Shown: positions 37,867-47,889, counted from the stretch's first letter. The stretch: DNA of 64,000 bases from Candidatus Altiarchaeota archaeon (GCA_043804895.1 JAZDIN010000025.1:64001-128000), one strand, 5' to 3'. The notes: generated from the letters alone by a model not told the origin. Translations and numbers: made by a program.

Positions 37867-39165
37867 ATGAGAAGCCACTACTCAGACGAGGTCACGAGGG
37901 ACCTTGACGGAAAAAACGTAGTCGTCGCAGGCTGGGTTCACGAGGTAAGGGACCTCGGCAAGCTAAAGTTCATAGTCCTCAGGGACAGGGGCGGGTTCAT
38001 ACAAGTCACAGCCAAGGAAGGAAAGACAGACCACAGCATACTCGAACAGTACAAGACCCTAAGCAAGGAGTCAGTCATCGAAGTCGAGGGCACTGTGAGA
38101 GCAGACCAAAAAGCCCCCCGGGGTGTTGAAGTCAACCCGACAAGGCTCACAGTGATAGCAGCATCACTCTCCCCGCTTCCCATGGACGTCACAGGCAAGG
38201 TTGACGCTGACTTGGACACCAGACTCAACAACCGTTTCATGGACGTGCGAAGACCCCGCACCCAGGCGATATTCAAGATAAGAGCTAAGGTTCAGGAGGC
38301 GTTCAGGGAATTCTTCCTAAGCCGCGGATTCGTGGAAATAAATCCCCCAAGCATCATCGCAGCGGCAAGCGAAGGCGGGACGAACCTGTTCCCGATAACA
38401 TACTTCGAGCGGGAGGCGTTCCTGTGCCAGAGCCCCCAACTCTACAAGCAGATGATGATGGCCACCGGCCTCGACAAAGTCTTCATCACAGCCCCGGTAT
38501 TCAGGGCCGAACCCCACAGCACCCCGCGTCACCTGAACGAGATATACCAGATGGACATAGAGAAGGCGTTCATCAATGACGAGGAGGACGTGATAGTCGA
38601 GTTGGAGGGCGCTGTGCACCATATACTCTCCAAAGTAAGTTTTGATTGCACTGGAGAACTAGCCACACTAGAGCGTGCAATCGAAGTCCCGAAGCTTCCG
38701 TTCAAGAGACTCACATACGACGAATGCCTGAAAATGCTCGCAGAAAACGGAGTGAAACTCCAGTGGGGTGATGACATACCCCCTGAAGGCGAGCGCAAAC
38801 TCCACGAGCTCTTAAAGGACCCGTTCTTCATCAAAAAGTGGCCGACCAAAATCAGGGCATTCTACTCACGGCCAACAGACGAGAACCAGAAAATCTGCGG
38901 CGCATTCGACCTGGACTACATGGGCATGGAAATGGCATCAGGAGCCCAGCGGATACACGACCACCAACAGCTTGTGCAAGCCCTACTAGATCGCGGCCTA
39001 GACCCTGAAAACTTCGAATTCTACCTGAAAGCCTTCAGGTACGGGATGCCACCCCACGGCGGATGGAGCATCGGAGCAGAGAGAATCACACAAGCCATAT
39101 GCGGCCTACAGAATATCAGGGAATGCGTCCTATACCCAAGAGACAGGAACAGGATAGAACCATAA
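37867..39165 (+). CDS. aspS: Aspartate--tRNA ligase (archaeal, probably non-discriminating)
   Basis: GWVHEVRDLG, QSPQLYKQ, VFRAE, YGMPPHGG, YPRD. Confidence 0.95.
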   Translation: MRSHYSDEVTRDLDGKNVVVAGWVHEVRDLGKLKFIVLRDRGGFIQVTAKEGKTDHSILEQYKTLSKESVIEVEGTVRADQKAPRGVEVNPTRLTVIAASLSPLPMDVTGKVDADLDTRLNNRFMDVRRPRTQAIFKIRAKVQEAFREFFLSRGFVEINPPSIIAAASEGGTNLFPITYFEREAFLCQSPQLYKQMMMATGLDKVFITAPVFRAEPHSTPRHLNEIYQMDIEKAFINDEEDVIVELEGAVHHILSKVSFDCTGELATLERAIEVPKLPFKRLTYDECLKMLAENGVKLQWGDDIPPEGERKLHELLKDPFFIKKWPTKIRAFYSRPTDENQKICGAFDLDYMGMEMASGAQRIHDHQQLVQALLDRGLDPENFEFYLKAFRYGMPPHGGWSIGAERITQAICGLQNIRECVLYPRDRNRIEP

Positions 39166-39172
39166 GGCCACT

Positions 39173-39889
39173 ATGGACGGAATGATAGTGTTCTCAGCGA
39201 TAGTCTTCCTCTCCTCAGCCTTTTCCACGGTCGTTGGCTTCGGAGCCGTCACACTCGGCATACCCCTACTATCCCTCGTCATGGACGTTCGCTCCGCAGT
39301 CGCCATCATGACCGTAGCCGCATTATTCCTCCTCCTCTCGAAGGCCTGGATATTCAGGAAGGAGATAGACTACAAGATAGGAAAACAACTAGCCCTGCCG
39401 TCGATACCGGGAGCCATCATCGGCGCATACCTCCTCGGAGTCGTAGACGCCTTCTGGATAAAAAAAGCACTCGGCCTATTCGTGCTATTATACGTCCTAC
39501 TATCACTCCGCGGCGCACTGGACAAGGTTCGCATAGGCAGAAAAATGACTGCATTAGCCAGCTTCATATACGGCCTCTCATCGGGGATAATCGGCAGCGG
39601 CGAACTCATCAGCGCACCACTCCTCCTCTCGCTCGGCCTCAGGAGAGGTAGATTCATAGGCACGTTCTCTTTCGTCGCCCTGGCTATAATGCCGTTCAAG
39701 ATAATCCTCTACATGCAAAGCGGCATACTCAACCACTCGCAAACCAGCACCCTACTCATACTAACCCTAGCATCAATAGCTGGTGTCCTCGCAGGCCGGA
39801 AACTCATAGACTACGTCCAAGCGGAAATGTTCAAAAAAATAGTACTGGCGACGCTGTTCGTGATATCCCTGATGCTGCTTGCGAACTAG
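39173..39889 (+). CDS. TauE/SafE (TSUP) family transporter
   Basis: VGFG...IPLL, GAIIGAYLL; about 8 TM helices. Confidence 0.85.
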   Translation: MDGMIVFSAIVFLSSAFSTVVGFGAVTLGIPLLSLVMDVRSAVAIMTVAALFLLLSKAWIFRKEIDYKIGKQLALPSIPGAIIGAYLLGVVDAFWIKKALGLFVLLYVLLSLRGALDKVRIGRKMTALASFIYGLSSGIIGSGELISAPLLLSLGLRRGRFIGTFSFVALAIMPFKIILYMQSGILNHSQTSTLLILTLASIAGVLAGRKLIDYVQAEMFKKIVLATLFVISLMLLAN

Positions 39890-41280
39890 GATTTGGCACT
39901 ACTGACCAACGCATCAACACTAAACATCACACATGCAGCAACACCCAAACCTAATACCCCCTCAAGGAATCCGAATGTTGGTAATATGTTAGTTCTGAAT
40001 AGGAATATTGAGGCCTCACCCATTATTATCGAGGTCATGCATGCCCATTTGCTGGTGTTCGGCCTGTATAGTGCTGCGTAGAATGTTGGGAATAGGACTA
40101 CGAGGCCTGAGAATGTGGTGTTCACGAGTGTTGCGAATATCCCTTCCTTAGCGTTGAATCCGAACACTACGAAAACGACGGCGAACAATGTGAGACCAAC
40201 CGTTATGAGCCTGCTTTTCAACACTTCACCCTTCAACTTAAGGTCTCTTGAAAGCATCGTTGAGAGGGCGAGGAGTTGTGAGTCTGCGGTGGACATCAAA
40301 GCGGCCAATGCCCCTAACATGACGATTGTGTAAACCCAATCCGGAGCATAGGTTCTGACCATCTCAGGCAGTATGGAGTCTGCGCTGGCGACCTTAAGGT
40401 CTGTAGCATTAGCCCATACGCCAATCAAAACCGGAACAAGGAATAGGAACGAAACCACAAACGGGTAGAGTATCATGGACGTCTTCAGAGATTTCTCAGT
40501 CTTGGCTGTGTAGAATCTCGTGAACAGGTGAGGGAACATGGGGTCTACGAACATCCAAAGTAGCATGAACGAAAGCCAAAGCTGCGGCGTGAAATAATCC
40601 ATCCCACCTGGGCGGTCGAAGAGTTCAGGCTTAGAGTGGAACGCATTCACCCCAGCGTTCTCGAAACCCCCTAAGCCTGCTGAGACGAAGTACACAGCCA
40701 ACGCCATCGCCGAGAGCATGAAGACGCCTTGTATGACGTCAGTCCAGATGCTTCCGCGCATACCACCTGAAAGAATGTATGCCATGATAATCAACATCAC
40801 GAGGCAGGCTCCGGTTGTCACATCAAATCCGACCGCACTGTTTAGTATAATCCCTGCTCCAATAGCCTGCACTCCCAAATAAGGCAGGGTGTAAACCACC
40901 ATCACAAAAAGGACGAGCAATCCCAATGCCCTGCTTTTGAAGGTCTTCTCAATCAACTCAGAGGGGGTTACGAAACCATGTTCCTTGCCAAGCTGCCACA
41001 CCCGCCTTCCGATGACATAGAACATCACAGGCATCAAAGCCGTGCCGACTCCCATAATCCCATACTGGCCGAAGCCGTACTTGTACGCCGCCCCCGCGAA
41101 CCCGAGGAAGAAGAAGGCCGAGAAGTTAGTCGCAGCCAGGCTGATGAACATGAGTATTGGGGTGACGTTTCTGCTTGCCAGGAAATAGTCTTCGCTCGTG
41201 CCTTTCGTAATCCTGCCTGCGACGTAGCCTGCTGTAAGAAGCAGCAGGAAGTAGCCTATGACAAGAACATACATTGGCAC
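39886..41280 (-). CDS. Sodium:solute symporter family protein
   Basis: EDYFLA, ATNFSA, GGMRGSIWTDVIQG, AALMSTADS. Confidence 0.92.
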   Translation of the reverse strand: MPMYVLVIGYFLLLLTAGYVAGRITKGTSEDYFLASRNVTPILMFISLAATNFSAFFFLGFAGAAYKYGFGQYGIMGVGTALMPVMFYVIGRRVWQLGKEHGFVTPSELIEKTFKSRALGLLVLFVMVVYTLPYLGVQAIGAGIILNSAVGFDVTTGACLVMLIIMAYILSGGMRGSIWTDVIQGVFMLSAMALAVYFVSAGLGGFENAGVNAFHSKPELFDRPGGMDYFTPQLWLSFMLLWMFVDPMFPHLFTRFYTAKTEKSLKTSMILYPFVVSFLFLVPVLIGVWANATDLKVASADSILPEMVRTYAPDWVYTIVMLGALAALMSTADSQLLALSTMLSRDLKLKGEVLKSRLITVGLTLFAVVFVVFGFNAKEGIFATLVNTTFSGLVVLFPTFYAALYRPNTSKWACMTSIIMGEASIFLFRTNILPTFGFLEGVLGLGVAACVMFSVDALVSSAKS

Positions 41281-41281
41281 C

Positions 41282-41473
41282 TTAGTCCCTCCAGTACTTC
41301 ACAGAGAACAGGAAATAGTAAACCCCCAACATCAGGTTCAACAAAAAGAACACAACCACCCAGTAAGGGAGGCCGAAGATAAGAGGTGTCGCCTTACCCC
41401 AGTTCCAAAAGTCCAGGGAAAGCGTTAGAACCGCAACAAAACCCAAAACCCAAGGCAAAGCTCTTCTCATCAT
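41282..41473 (-). CDS. Small 2-TM SSS-associated membrane protein (DUF3311-like)
   Basis: DFWNW..P.IFGLPYW; immediately upstream of the symporter. Confidence 0.75.
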   Translation of the reverse strand: MMRRALPWVLGFVAVLTLSLDFWNWGKATPLIFGLPYWVVVFFLLNLMLGVYYFLFSVKYWRD

Positions 41474-41578
41474 AAAAAAGCTTTTTCCTGGAATATGCGG
41501 CTGGAAACAGCTTCAAAAAAACAATGCCCTTGAATATAATGGTTTCGGATATTTAAATGAATCCTCATATTCCTTTCC

Positions 41579-41863
41579 ATGGTTAGTGAGGTTCATGCGG
41601 CCCATATCTTGGTGAAGAGTCAGGATGAGGCTCAGGCGGTTTTGAATGATTTGAAGTCTGGTAAGAAGAGTTTCCCTGAGTTGGCTCAGGAGAAGTCTCA
41701 ATGTCCGTCGAAGAGGAAGGCCGGCGACCTAGGATGGTTCGGCCGCGGTAGGATGGTTAAGGAGTTCGAGACTGCCGCGTTCGGCCTCAAGAAGGGGGAG
41801 ATTTCAGCTCCGGTGCGGACCGAGTTCGGCTGGCATATAATAAAGGTGCTGGAGACCAGGTAA
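41579..41863 (+). CDS. Parvulin-type peptidyl-prolyl isomerase
   Basis: AAHILVK, SQCPS..GDLGWF, MVKEFE..AF, TEFGWHII. Confidence 0.93.
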   Translation: MVSEVHAAHILVKSQDEAQAVLNDLKSGKKSFPELAQEKSQCPSKRKAGDLGWFGRGRMVKEFETAAFGLKKGEISAPVRTEFGWHIIKVLETR

Positions 41864-43577
41864 TTACCTGCTGTAGTAGTATTCTCCGCTTGTTTTCTGT
41901 TCGCGGTCTTTCACAGACCCTGGTTTGTTTGCTCTCGGCCTTCCAGTGTCTGGGTCGCGTCTGAATGTGACGTCCATCTGTTTGAGGAACATGTTCATCC
42001 CGTCGCGCATTTCAACTGGTTTGTGGGCTTTTCCTATCTTGCCTGATTCTCCTTCGAATATGAGAAGCTCGTCTGATAGGTAGTCGATGAGTAGTATGTC
42101 GTGTTCGACGACAATCACCGCGACTTTGTTGTCGTATCCGAAGCTGTGGAGGTATTTAGCAAGAGAAAGCCTCTCCTCAACGTCAAGGTAAGCTGATGGT
42201 TCATCGAGCATGTAGATGTCAGCCTCTTTTGACAGGCAGTCTGCTATGGTGACTCTCTGCAGTTCCCCGCCGGATAGCTCGTTCAGCTTTTTGGTAAGGA
42301 GATGGGTTACCCTGAACCTCTGCAGGAGTTCGCCCTTTATGTGCAGCGACGCAACCACTTCGTCCTTAGCCTGTATGTACTGCGGCTTATACGAGACCTT
42401 CAACTCCATATTCACTTCAGTGTTGTCTGGTTTCTCAACCCCCGTCAGCATCTTCACGAACGTTGTCTTACCAGTTGCATTAGGCCCTAGTATGCCCAGA
42501 ATCTCAGGTGTCTTGATAGTTCCCGGGTCGATTATAAGGCTGAACTGGCCGTAGTCTTTCTTAAGTTGGGGGTATTCCACCAGCGTCTTCATCTTCCTAG
42601 TTGATGAAGGCGGTTTAATGTCGAACTTTATCTCATCCCTGAATCTCATATTCTCACTCCTCAGGAATCCGTTCAGGTACTCGTTTATCCCGACGCGGGT
42701 GGACATGACGTTGCTGATCATCCCATACGCTCCGGTCTCGCCGAATATAACGTGTATGCTCTCGCTCAGGTAGTCGAGGACGACAAGGTCGTGTTCGACG
42801 ACGAATATCCTCCTCCCCTCAAGCTCGCGTATCGCTTTAGCGGCGTTCAGCCTCTCCCTCACGTCAAGGTAGCTTGAGGGCTCATCGATTAGGTATATGT
42901 CAGCGTCCTTCGAAAGGCACGCAGCCAACGCTATCCTCTGCAGTTCCCCCCCGCTCACGGATTTGATGTCCTTCTCGACTGTGTTCTCAAGGTTAAGTTT
43001 AATGACTAACTCGTCAACGACTTTGCGTTCGTCTGACTTTTTCAGTATGTCCTTTACCTTACCGCTCACAACCCTGGGTATCGCCTCCACATACTGCGGC
43101 TTGTAGGAGGTCTTTACCCTTTTCTCGCCAAGTCTCTTCAGGTAGTCGTGCATCTCAGAGCCTTTGTAACGCTCCAAGACGTCGTCCCACGTCGCTTCTC
43201 CTCCGAGGTTCGGTTGCAGTTCGCCTGAGAGTATCTTCAACGCCGTCGACTTTCCTATGCCGTTGCACCCGACAATCCCTGCCACACCCACCTTCGGGGT
43301 TGGCAGGTTGAAAAGCCTGAACCCGTTCACGCCATACTGGTGTACGGGCTCGTCTAAGGCTTCTGGGAGGTTTATTATCCTGATGGCATCGTAGGGGCAT
43401 TTTTTGACGCAGATTCCGCATCCAGTGCATAGTTGTTCGCTGATTACCGGTTTTTTTTGTATCCTCGTTGACTGTGATGCACTCTCCTCCAGTCCTGTTG
43501 ACCGGACACATCCTAATGCAAAGGAAGTTGCAGTCTTTGGGTTTGCACCTGTCCTTATCGTGTACTGCTATCCTCAT
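41864..43577 (-). CDS. rli: Ribosome recycling ATPase ABCE1/RLI, with an apparent one-base insertion at 43451-43458
   Basis: Fe-S N-terminus (CKPKDC..CIRMCP, then CTGCGICVKKCP in the other frame) joins the 488-aa twin-ABC ORF (GCNGIGKST, SGGELQR twice) if one A is removed from an A8 run. Confidence 0.92.
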
Positions 43578-43598
43578 CTTACTAACTCATCTCCGTCT

Positions 43599-43712
43599 GA
43601 GGGGCTAAGCGAACGTAGTGAGCGCAGGCCCCTCCTTCGTGAACCTCCCTCAAAACAGCTCGGCTGTTTTGGGGCGCCGGTTGGCCTAAGCCAACCGTGC
43701 GTAGTAAGGTTC
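43599..43712. repeat. Multi-hairpin intergenic element
   Basis: gaggggc/gcccctc, caaaacagc/gctgttttg, cggttggc/gccaaccg, with the last two enclosed by gaacc/ggttc. Confidence 0.8.
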
Positions 43713-43715
43713 TTC

Positions 43716-44357
43716 TCATCTTATCACTCCTCTGAGTTCTGTTAGGTCTTCTATGACCGAGTAGCCTCCTTTCGTATGTATTCTCTCACGGTCTATTAAT
43801 ACGGCGTTCATGCCTGCGTTCAAGGCGCCTTCCACGTCCATCCTCACGTTGTCTCCGACCATCCAACAGTCCCTGCAATCCAAATCAAGGCTCTCCAATG
43901 CCATCTCGTATATTAGGGGATCGGGTTTAGCGACGCCTGCTTCGCATGACATTATTATGGAATCAAAGTGTCCGCTTACTTTCCCTCTCGCGTATTCTGC
44001 CCCGCCTTTGTCTGTGTTGGAAATCAAACCCAACTTGAAGTCGTGCCGTAAGTCCTCCAGCACAGCCTCCGCCTCAGGGAAGTACTCTGCCTCCTTAAGC
44101 CTGCTCTCCCACACGCCCATGGCCTCGGCTATTATGTCTGGGGAGTATCCTACTCTCTTCTCATCGCACAGTCTCCTGAAGAGCTCCTCCAACTCGTATC
44201 CTGAATCGACGAATAAAGTCTCCTCCATCTCATCCATTAACTCGAGATAATCCAACTTACCTTTCAGCCCAAGAAGCCTGACTATCTCATCGACCATACC
44301 CTTAGTCGGACAGTACATCAGCGTGTTCCACAGGTCGAAGAAAACACCCTCAGCCAT
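43716..44357 (-). CDS. HAD-family hydrolase
   Basis: FDLWNTL, ISN, KPDP, VGD..DVEGA..AG. Confidence 0.88.
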   Translation of the reverse strand: MAEGVFFDLWNTLMYCPTKGMVDEIVRLLGLKGKLDYLELMDEMEETLFVDSGYELEELFRRLCDEKRVGYSPDIIAEAMGVWESRLKEAEYFPEAEAVLEDLRHDFKLGLISNTDKGGAEYARGKVSGHFDSIIMSCEAGVAKPDPLIYEMALESLDLDCRDCWMVGDNVRMDVEGALNAGMNAVLIDRERIHTKGGYSVIEDLTELRGVIR

Positions 44358-44360
44358 ATC

Positions 44361-45482
44361 TCATATTATGCCGCGTAAGAATAAGTTTAAAGTCTCCCAG
44401 TCCACGGGCCTTGGGTTGCCTCGTGTCGAGCCTGACAGTCCGAGCTCCACCATCCCCCCTATGTCATCAGCCTTTACTCCGACGTCCCTGAGGAAATCCG
44501 GCACACTCAGCGCAGCCTTAATCTCCTCCACCTTGAGTATCAGTTCTTGGGCATCTTTAAGCCTACAGTGTCTTGCGAGCTGGTCATACTTACCCTTCTC
44601 ATACCCTAGGTTGAGTCTCATCACATGGGGGAGGACGACGCCACATGCTAGGCCGTGGGGCGTGTCGGCAGCCTTCCAGAGGGAATAGGAGAGTCCGTGC
44701 GCTAGTCCCGCTCCCGCATGGGTTATGCCGAAGCCAGCCATCAGGCTCCCCAACATCATGGCCTCCCTTGCTTCCATGTCGCTGTCGTCATCGTAGGCTC
44801 TGACGATGTTATCCAACACGAGTTTAGCTGCCTCCATGCACAGTACATCAGGCATCGGCTGGCTCATCTTTGAAGTCAAAGCCTCTATTGCATGTGTGAG
44901 CGCATCCAACCCAGATGATGCTGTCACCTCCTTCGGCATCGTGACAGTCAGTTGCGGATCGTCCAAGGCCGCGCTCGGGTACATGTGCCTGCTTCTGAAG
45001 CTCTTCTTAACCATCCTACTCCTGTCCGAGAGCACAGCCACCTCGGTGACTTCGCTGCCTGTGCCGGCGGTCGTGGGGATGGCAATGACAGGCGGCCCAG
45101 CTTTCATAATACCTTTGCCTCTGATATACTCGACAGCCTTGCCCCCATTGGCCGATACGACAGATGCTGCTTTCGCGACGTCAAGGGGGCTTCCACCGCC
45201 AAGACCCAGGATAACATCAACATCCGAGGTCGCATAAACTGCTTTATCCACAGTCTCAACCGACGGGTCGCTCTCAACGTCATCGAAGACTGTAATCTCC
45301 TTACCGTCAAGTAACTCTTTTATCCTATCGATTACTCCCCTCTTCCAGGCTGCGCTTTTGCCTGTCACAATCAAAACCCTCTTAGCTTCCAGTCCCTCAA
45401 CGACAGGCTTGACGTCCTCTAGGACGCCGCAGCCGAAGCGGACTTCAGTCGGCATGTAATATCTGAATGAAGCAGCCATCAT
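44361..45482 (-). CDS. Iron-containing alcohol dehydrogenase family protein
   Basis: GGGSPLD, IPTTAGTGSEVT, DALTHAIE, H..H..HG. Confidence 0.92.
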   Translation of the reverse strand: MMAASFRYYMPTEVRFGCGVLEDVKPVVEGLEAKRVLIVTGKSAAWKRGVIDRIKELLDGKEITVFDDVESDPSVETVDKAVYATSDVDVILGLGGGSPLDVAKAASVVSANGGKAVEYIRGKGIMKAGPPVIAIPTTAGTGSEVTEVAVLSDRSRMVKKSFRSRHMYPSAALDDPQLTVTMPKEVTASSGLDALTHAIEALTSKMSQPMPDVLCMEAAKLVLDNIVRAYDDDSDMEAREAMMLGSLMAGFGITHAGAGLAHGLSYSLWKAADTPHGLACGVVLPHVMRLNLGYEKGKYDQLARHCRLKDAQELILKVEEIKAALSVPDFLRDVGVKADDIGGMVELGLSGSTRGNPRPVDWETLNLFLRGII

Positions 45483-46132
45483 AGGTTATTCAAAAAAGAC
45501 AGGTTAATATCCTCAATCGAGTTGACGACCACGTCAGCCTTGCTTAGGTCCTGGCCGTGGGTGTTCGGGCTTTTCACAGCAGCGACCTTCATACCAGCGG
45601 CCTTTCCAGCGAGTATTCCGGCTTCAGCGTCCTCAATGACGACACATTCTTTTGGATTCACGTTAAGCCTTTGGGCAGCAAGCTGGAATGGCTCCGGATT
45701 CGGTTTTCCTTCAGCGCAGCAGTCTCCTGAGACAATCACGTCGAACTCCAATAACAACCCGACCTCCTCAAGGCTTGTATTCACCCTCTCAAGCGGGCTT
45801 GAAGACACCACTGCAGTCCTGATATCCGCATCCTCCAACTCGCCAATCAAATCCAGAACCCCTGGCATAGGCTTAAGTTTACCCCTAATCATCTTCGCGA
45901 ACAGTCTGTTCTTCTTCTTCACCACATCCATCGGGTCTACCTTCAATCCACGCGCCTCAATAGCGGCCCTGTAGTTCTCCACCGTCCTCCTGCCGAACAC
46001 AAGATTCCTCTCCTTTGCCGTCTGCACAATCCCAACCGACTTCAACACAGCGTCAGAGGCCTCCCTACTGAAAGTCTCGCTGTCAACCAACACACCATCC
46101 AAATCAAAGAGGACAGCCTTAATCATCTCCAA
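45479..46132 (-). CDS. HAD phosphatase (beta-PGM-like)
   Basis: FDLDGVLVDS, GKPNPE, IEDA.AG..AG. Confidence 0.9.
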   Translation of the reverse strand: MEMIKAVLFDLDGVLVDSETFSREASDAVLKSVGIVQTAKERNLVFGRRTVENYRAAIEARGLKVDPMDVVKKKNRLFAKMIRGKLKPMPGVLDLIGELEDADIRTAVVSSSPLERVNTSLEEVGLLLEFDVIVSGDCCAEGKPNPEPFQLAAQRLNVNPKECVVIEDAEAGILAGKAAGMKVAAVKSPNTHGQDLSKADVVVNSIEDINLSFLNNL

Positions 46133-46824
46133 CCTCTGACGACGTCCAATACGCCCATGAGGGTACTAACTGATGCATCTGGGGTAATACTCATTCCCTT
46201 TTCCTCCAGGTCGTATGGAAGCCACTTAATTCCAAGAGCTGCATATATTGTCCTCATTCCAAGGGTCTTCGCTCCCAATAGGTCATCCTTCACCTCGTCT
46301 GAGACGAAGACACATTCATTAGGCTTCACCTTCAACTCATCCACCACCTCCATATAAATCTTCGCATCCGGTTTCCTCACGCCAACCTCGTTCGACAAAC
46401 CGAATGAGTCGAAGAACACATCCAAACCAGAATCATTTAACAATTCCCTCGTCCCCTCCCCACAGTTGGAAACCAAACCCAACAACAGGCCTTCATGCTT
46501 TAGAGCAGACAGGAGTTCTTTCGCGCCGTCATATGCCTTTGCATTTGCTACGAAGGCATTTTGTAACATCCTGCTAAATTCCTGTAGGTTCCTCCCATCA
46601 ACGCCTAAGTCTAACAGTATCCTGCGATTGCCTTCAAGCCTGCTCATCCTCCCAGTCGTAGTCTCATAATGGTATTTTTTCCTAGCATTCCTGTACTCAC
46701 CTAAACTGAGCTCAGGTTTCGAAGACCTGAGAAAATCCAATACCCCCCCTTCACTCCTTACACTGCCCTCAGGGTCGGAATAAATCAGTGTATTCCATAA
46801 ATCGAACAACACAGCTTTAATCAT
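46123..46824 (-). CDS. HAD-family hydrolase
   Basis: FDLWNTL, VSN, KPD, VSD...DL.GA. Confidence 0.85.
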   Translation of the reverse strand: MIKAVLFDLWNTLIYSDPEGSVRSEGGVLDFLRSSKPELSLGEYRNARKKYHYETTTGRMSRLEGNRRILLDLGVDGRNLQEFSRMLQNAFVANAKAYDGAKELLSALKHEGLLLGLVSNCGEGTRELLNDSGLDVFFDSFGLSNEVGVRKPDAKIYMEVVDELKVKPNECVFVSDEVKDDLLGAKTLGMRTIYAALGIKWLPYDLEEKGMSITPDASVSTLMGVLDVVRGWR

Positions 46825-46827
46825 CTT

Positions 46828-47454
46828 CTAAAAGAACATCTTATAAACTTTTTTTATGTCATCTCCTGTTCCGATTTGGCCGTGGCCTGGGTAGAGTTTC
46901 TCTATTCCGCGTTCCTCGGAGAGTTGCATCAGCTTCTTAAGCGACTCCTCCAGCTCGTAGATGCTTCCTCCCTTGCAGTCGGTCCTGCCGACTCCATCTG
47001 AAAAGACCGTATCGCCTGAGAACAGGCTCTTACTTTCAGGCTCGTAAAGGCAGATGCTCCCTCTCGTATGCCCTGGGGTGTGAATGACCTCCAAACTGGC
47101 GCCGCCAAGGTCGACGATATCGCCGTCGGAAAGCATCCTATCAACCTTATGTTTTACTGCAGGGCTTCCGAATAGGCTGGCAAGCTGGAGGCTGTCGTCG
47201 CCGGATTCTAGGGCAATAGCATCTAAGCCATGGCATAAGGCCGAAACACTGCCAGATTCAAGTACCCTAGGATTGGCGCCGACGTGGTCGAAATGGCAGT
47301 GGGTATTTATTAACACATCCATGCCTATACTATACTCAACTTTGTGGTTTAACACCCTCGCATGGTCGATTCCAGGGTCGATTACGCAAACCTTGTCTGA
47401 AACGACAAGAAAGGCATTAGACTCCACGGAATCCGAAAGGAGGCTGCGAATCAC
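46828..47454 (-). CDS. MBL-fold metallo-hydrolase (glyoxalase II-like)
   Basis: THCHFDH, HTPGHT, SGD, PGHG. Confidence 0.9.
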   Translation of the reverse strand: MIRSLLSDSVESNAFLVVSDKVCVIDPGIDHARVLNHKVEYSIGMDVLINTHCHFDHVGANPRVLESGSVSALCHGLDAIALESGDDSLQLASLFGSPAVKHKVDRMLSDGDIVDLGGASLEVIHTPGHTRGSICLYEPESKSLFSGDTVFSDGVGRTDCKGGSIYELEESLKKLMQLSEERGIEKLYPGHGQIGTGDDIKKVYKMFF

Positions 47455-47595
47455 AGGTAAATATATAGCCCAAGTCTATATATGATGACATGACCCGCCG
47501 TCACAAGACGGTATAGTCGGGCCCTAAAAGCCCTTGACGCGACTGTTTGGTGGTCAAGCCAGAATAAAGGTAACCAGTAAACAACGTCACACAAT

Positions 47596-47701
47596 GCCGA
47601 GGTGGCAGAGTCCGGTTTAACGCGCGGGCCTTGAAATCACATATAGACGAGTGAGCCCGTGTCCCCCCTGGGACGCTTGAGTTCGAATCTCAACCTCGGC
47701 G
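47596..47701 (+). tRNA. tRNA-Ser(UGA) with 18-nt intron at 37/38 (47636-47653)
   Basis: Acceptor GCCGAGG/CCTCGGC, discriminator G, anticodon stem CGGGC/GCCCG, long variable arm, TTCGAAT. BHB central helix CTTG/CGAG with 3-nt bulges. CCA not encoded. Confidence 0.93.
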
Positions 47702-47889
47702 AGCCGTCTCGTCAGCTCGCGACGAGACGAATATTGTGGAGTCTTCGACTCCACAGTATGCATCATAGGCTCGACGAGGTTAGCAAGGTCAGAGGCCTTG
47801 CGTTAACCTCGGCGAACCACAGTAGAGTGCCAAGCTACTCGGCGAGCCGAAGAAAAAACCAATAAAAATTTACGATTAAAATGCCTTTG

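Noticed and set aside
41864-43577. ABCE1 as a true pseudogene
   Set aside because: There is a single homopolymer indel, all motifs are otherwise intact and the gene is essential.
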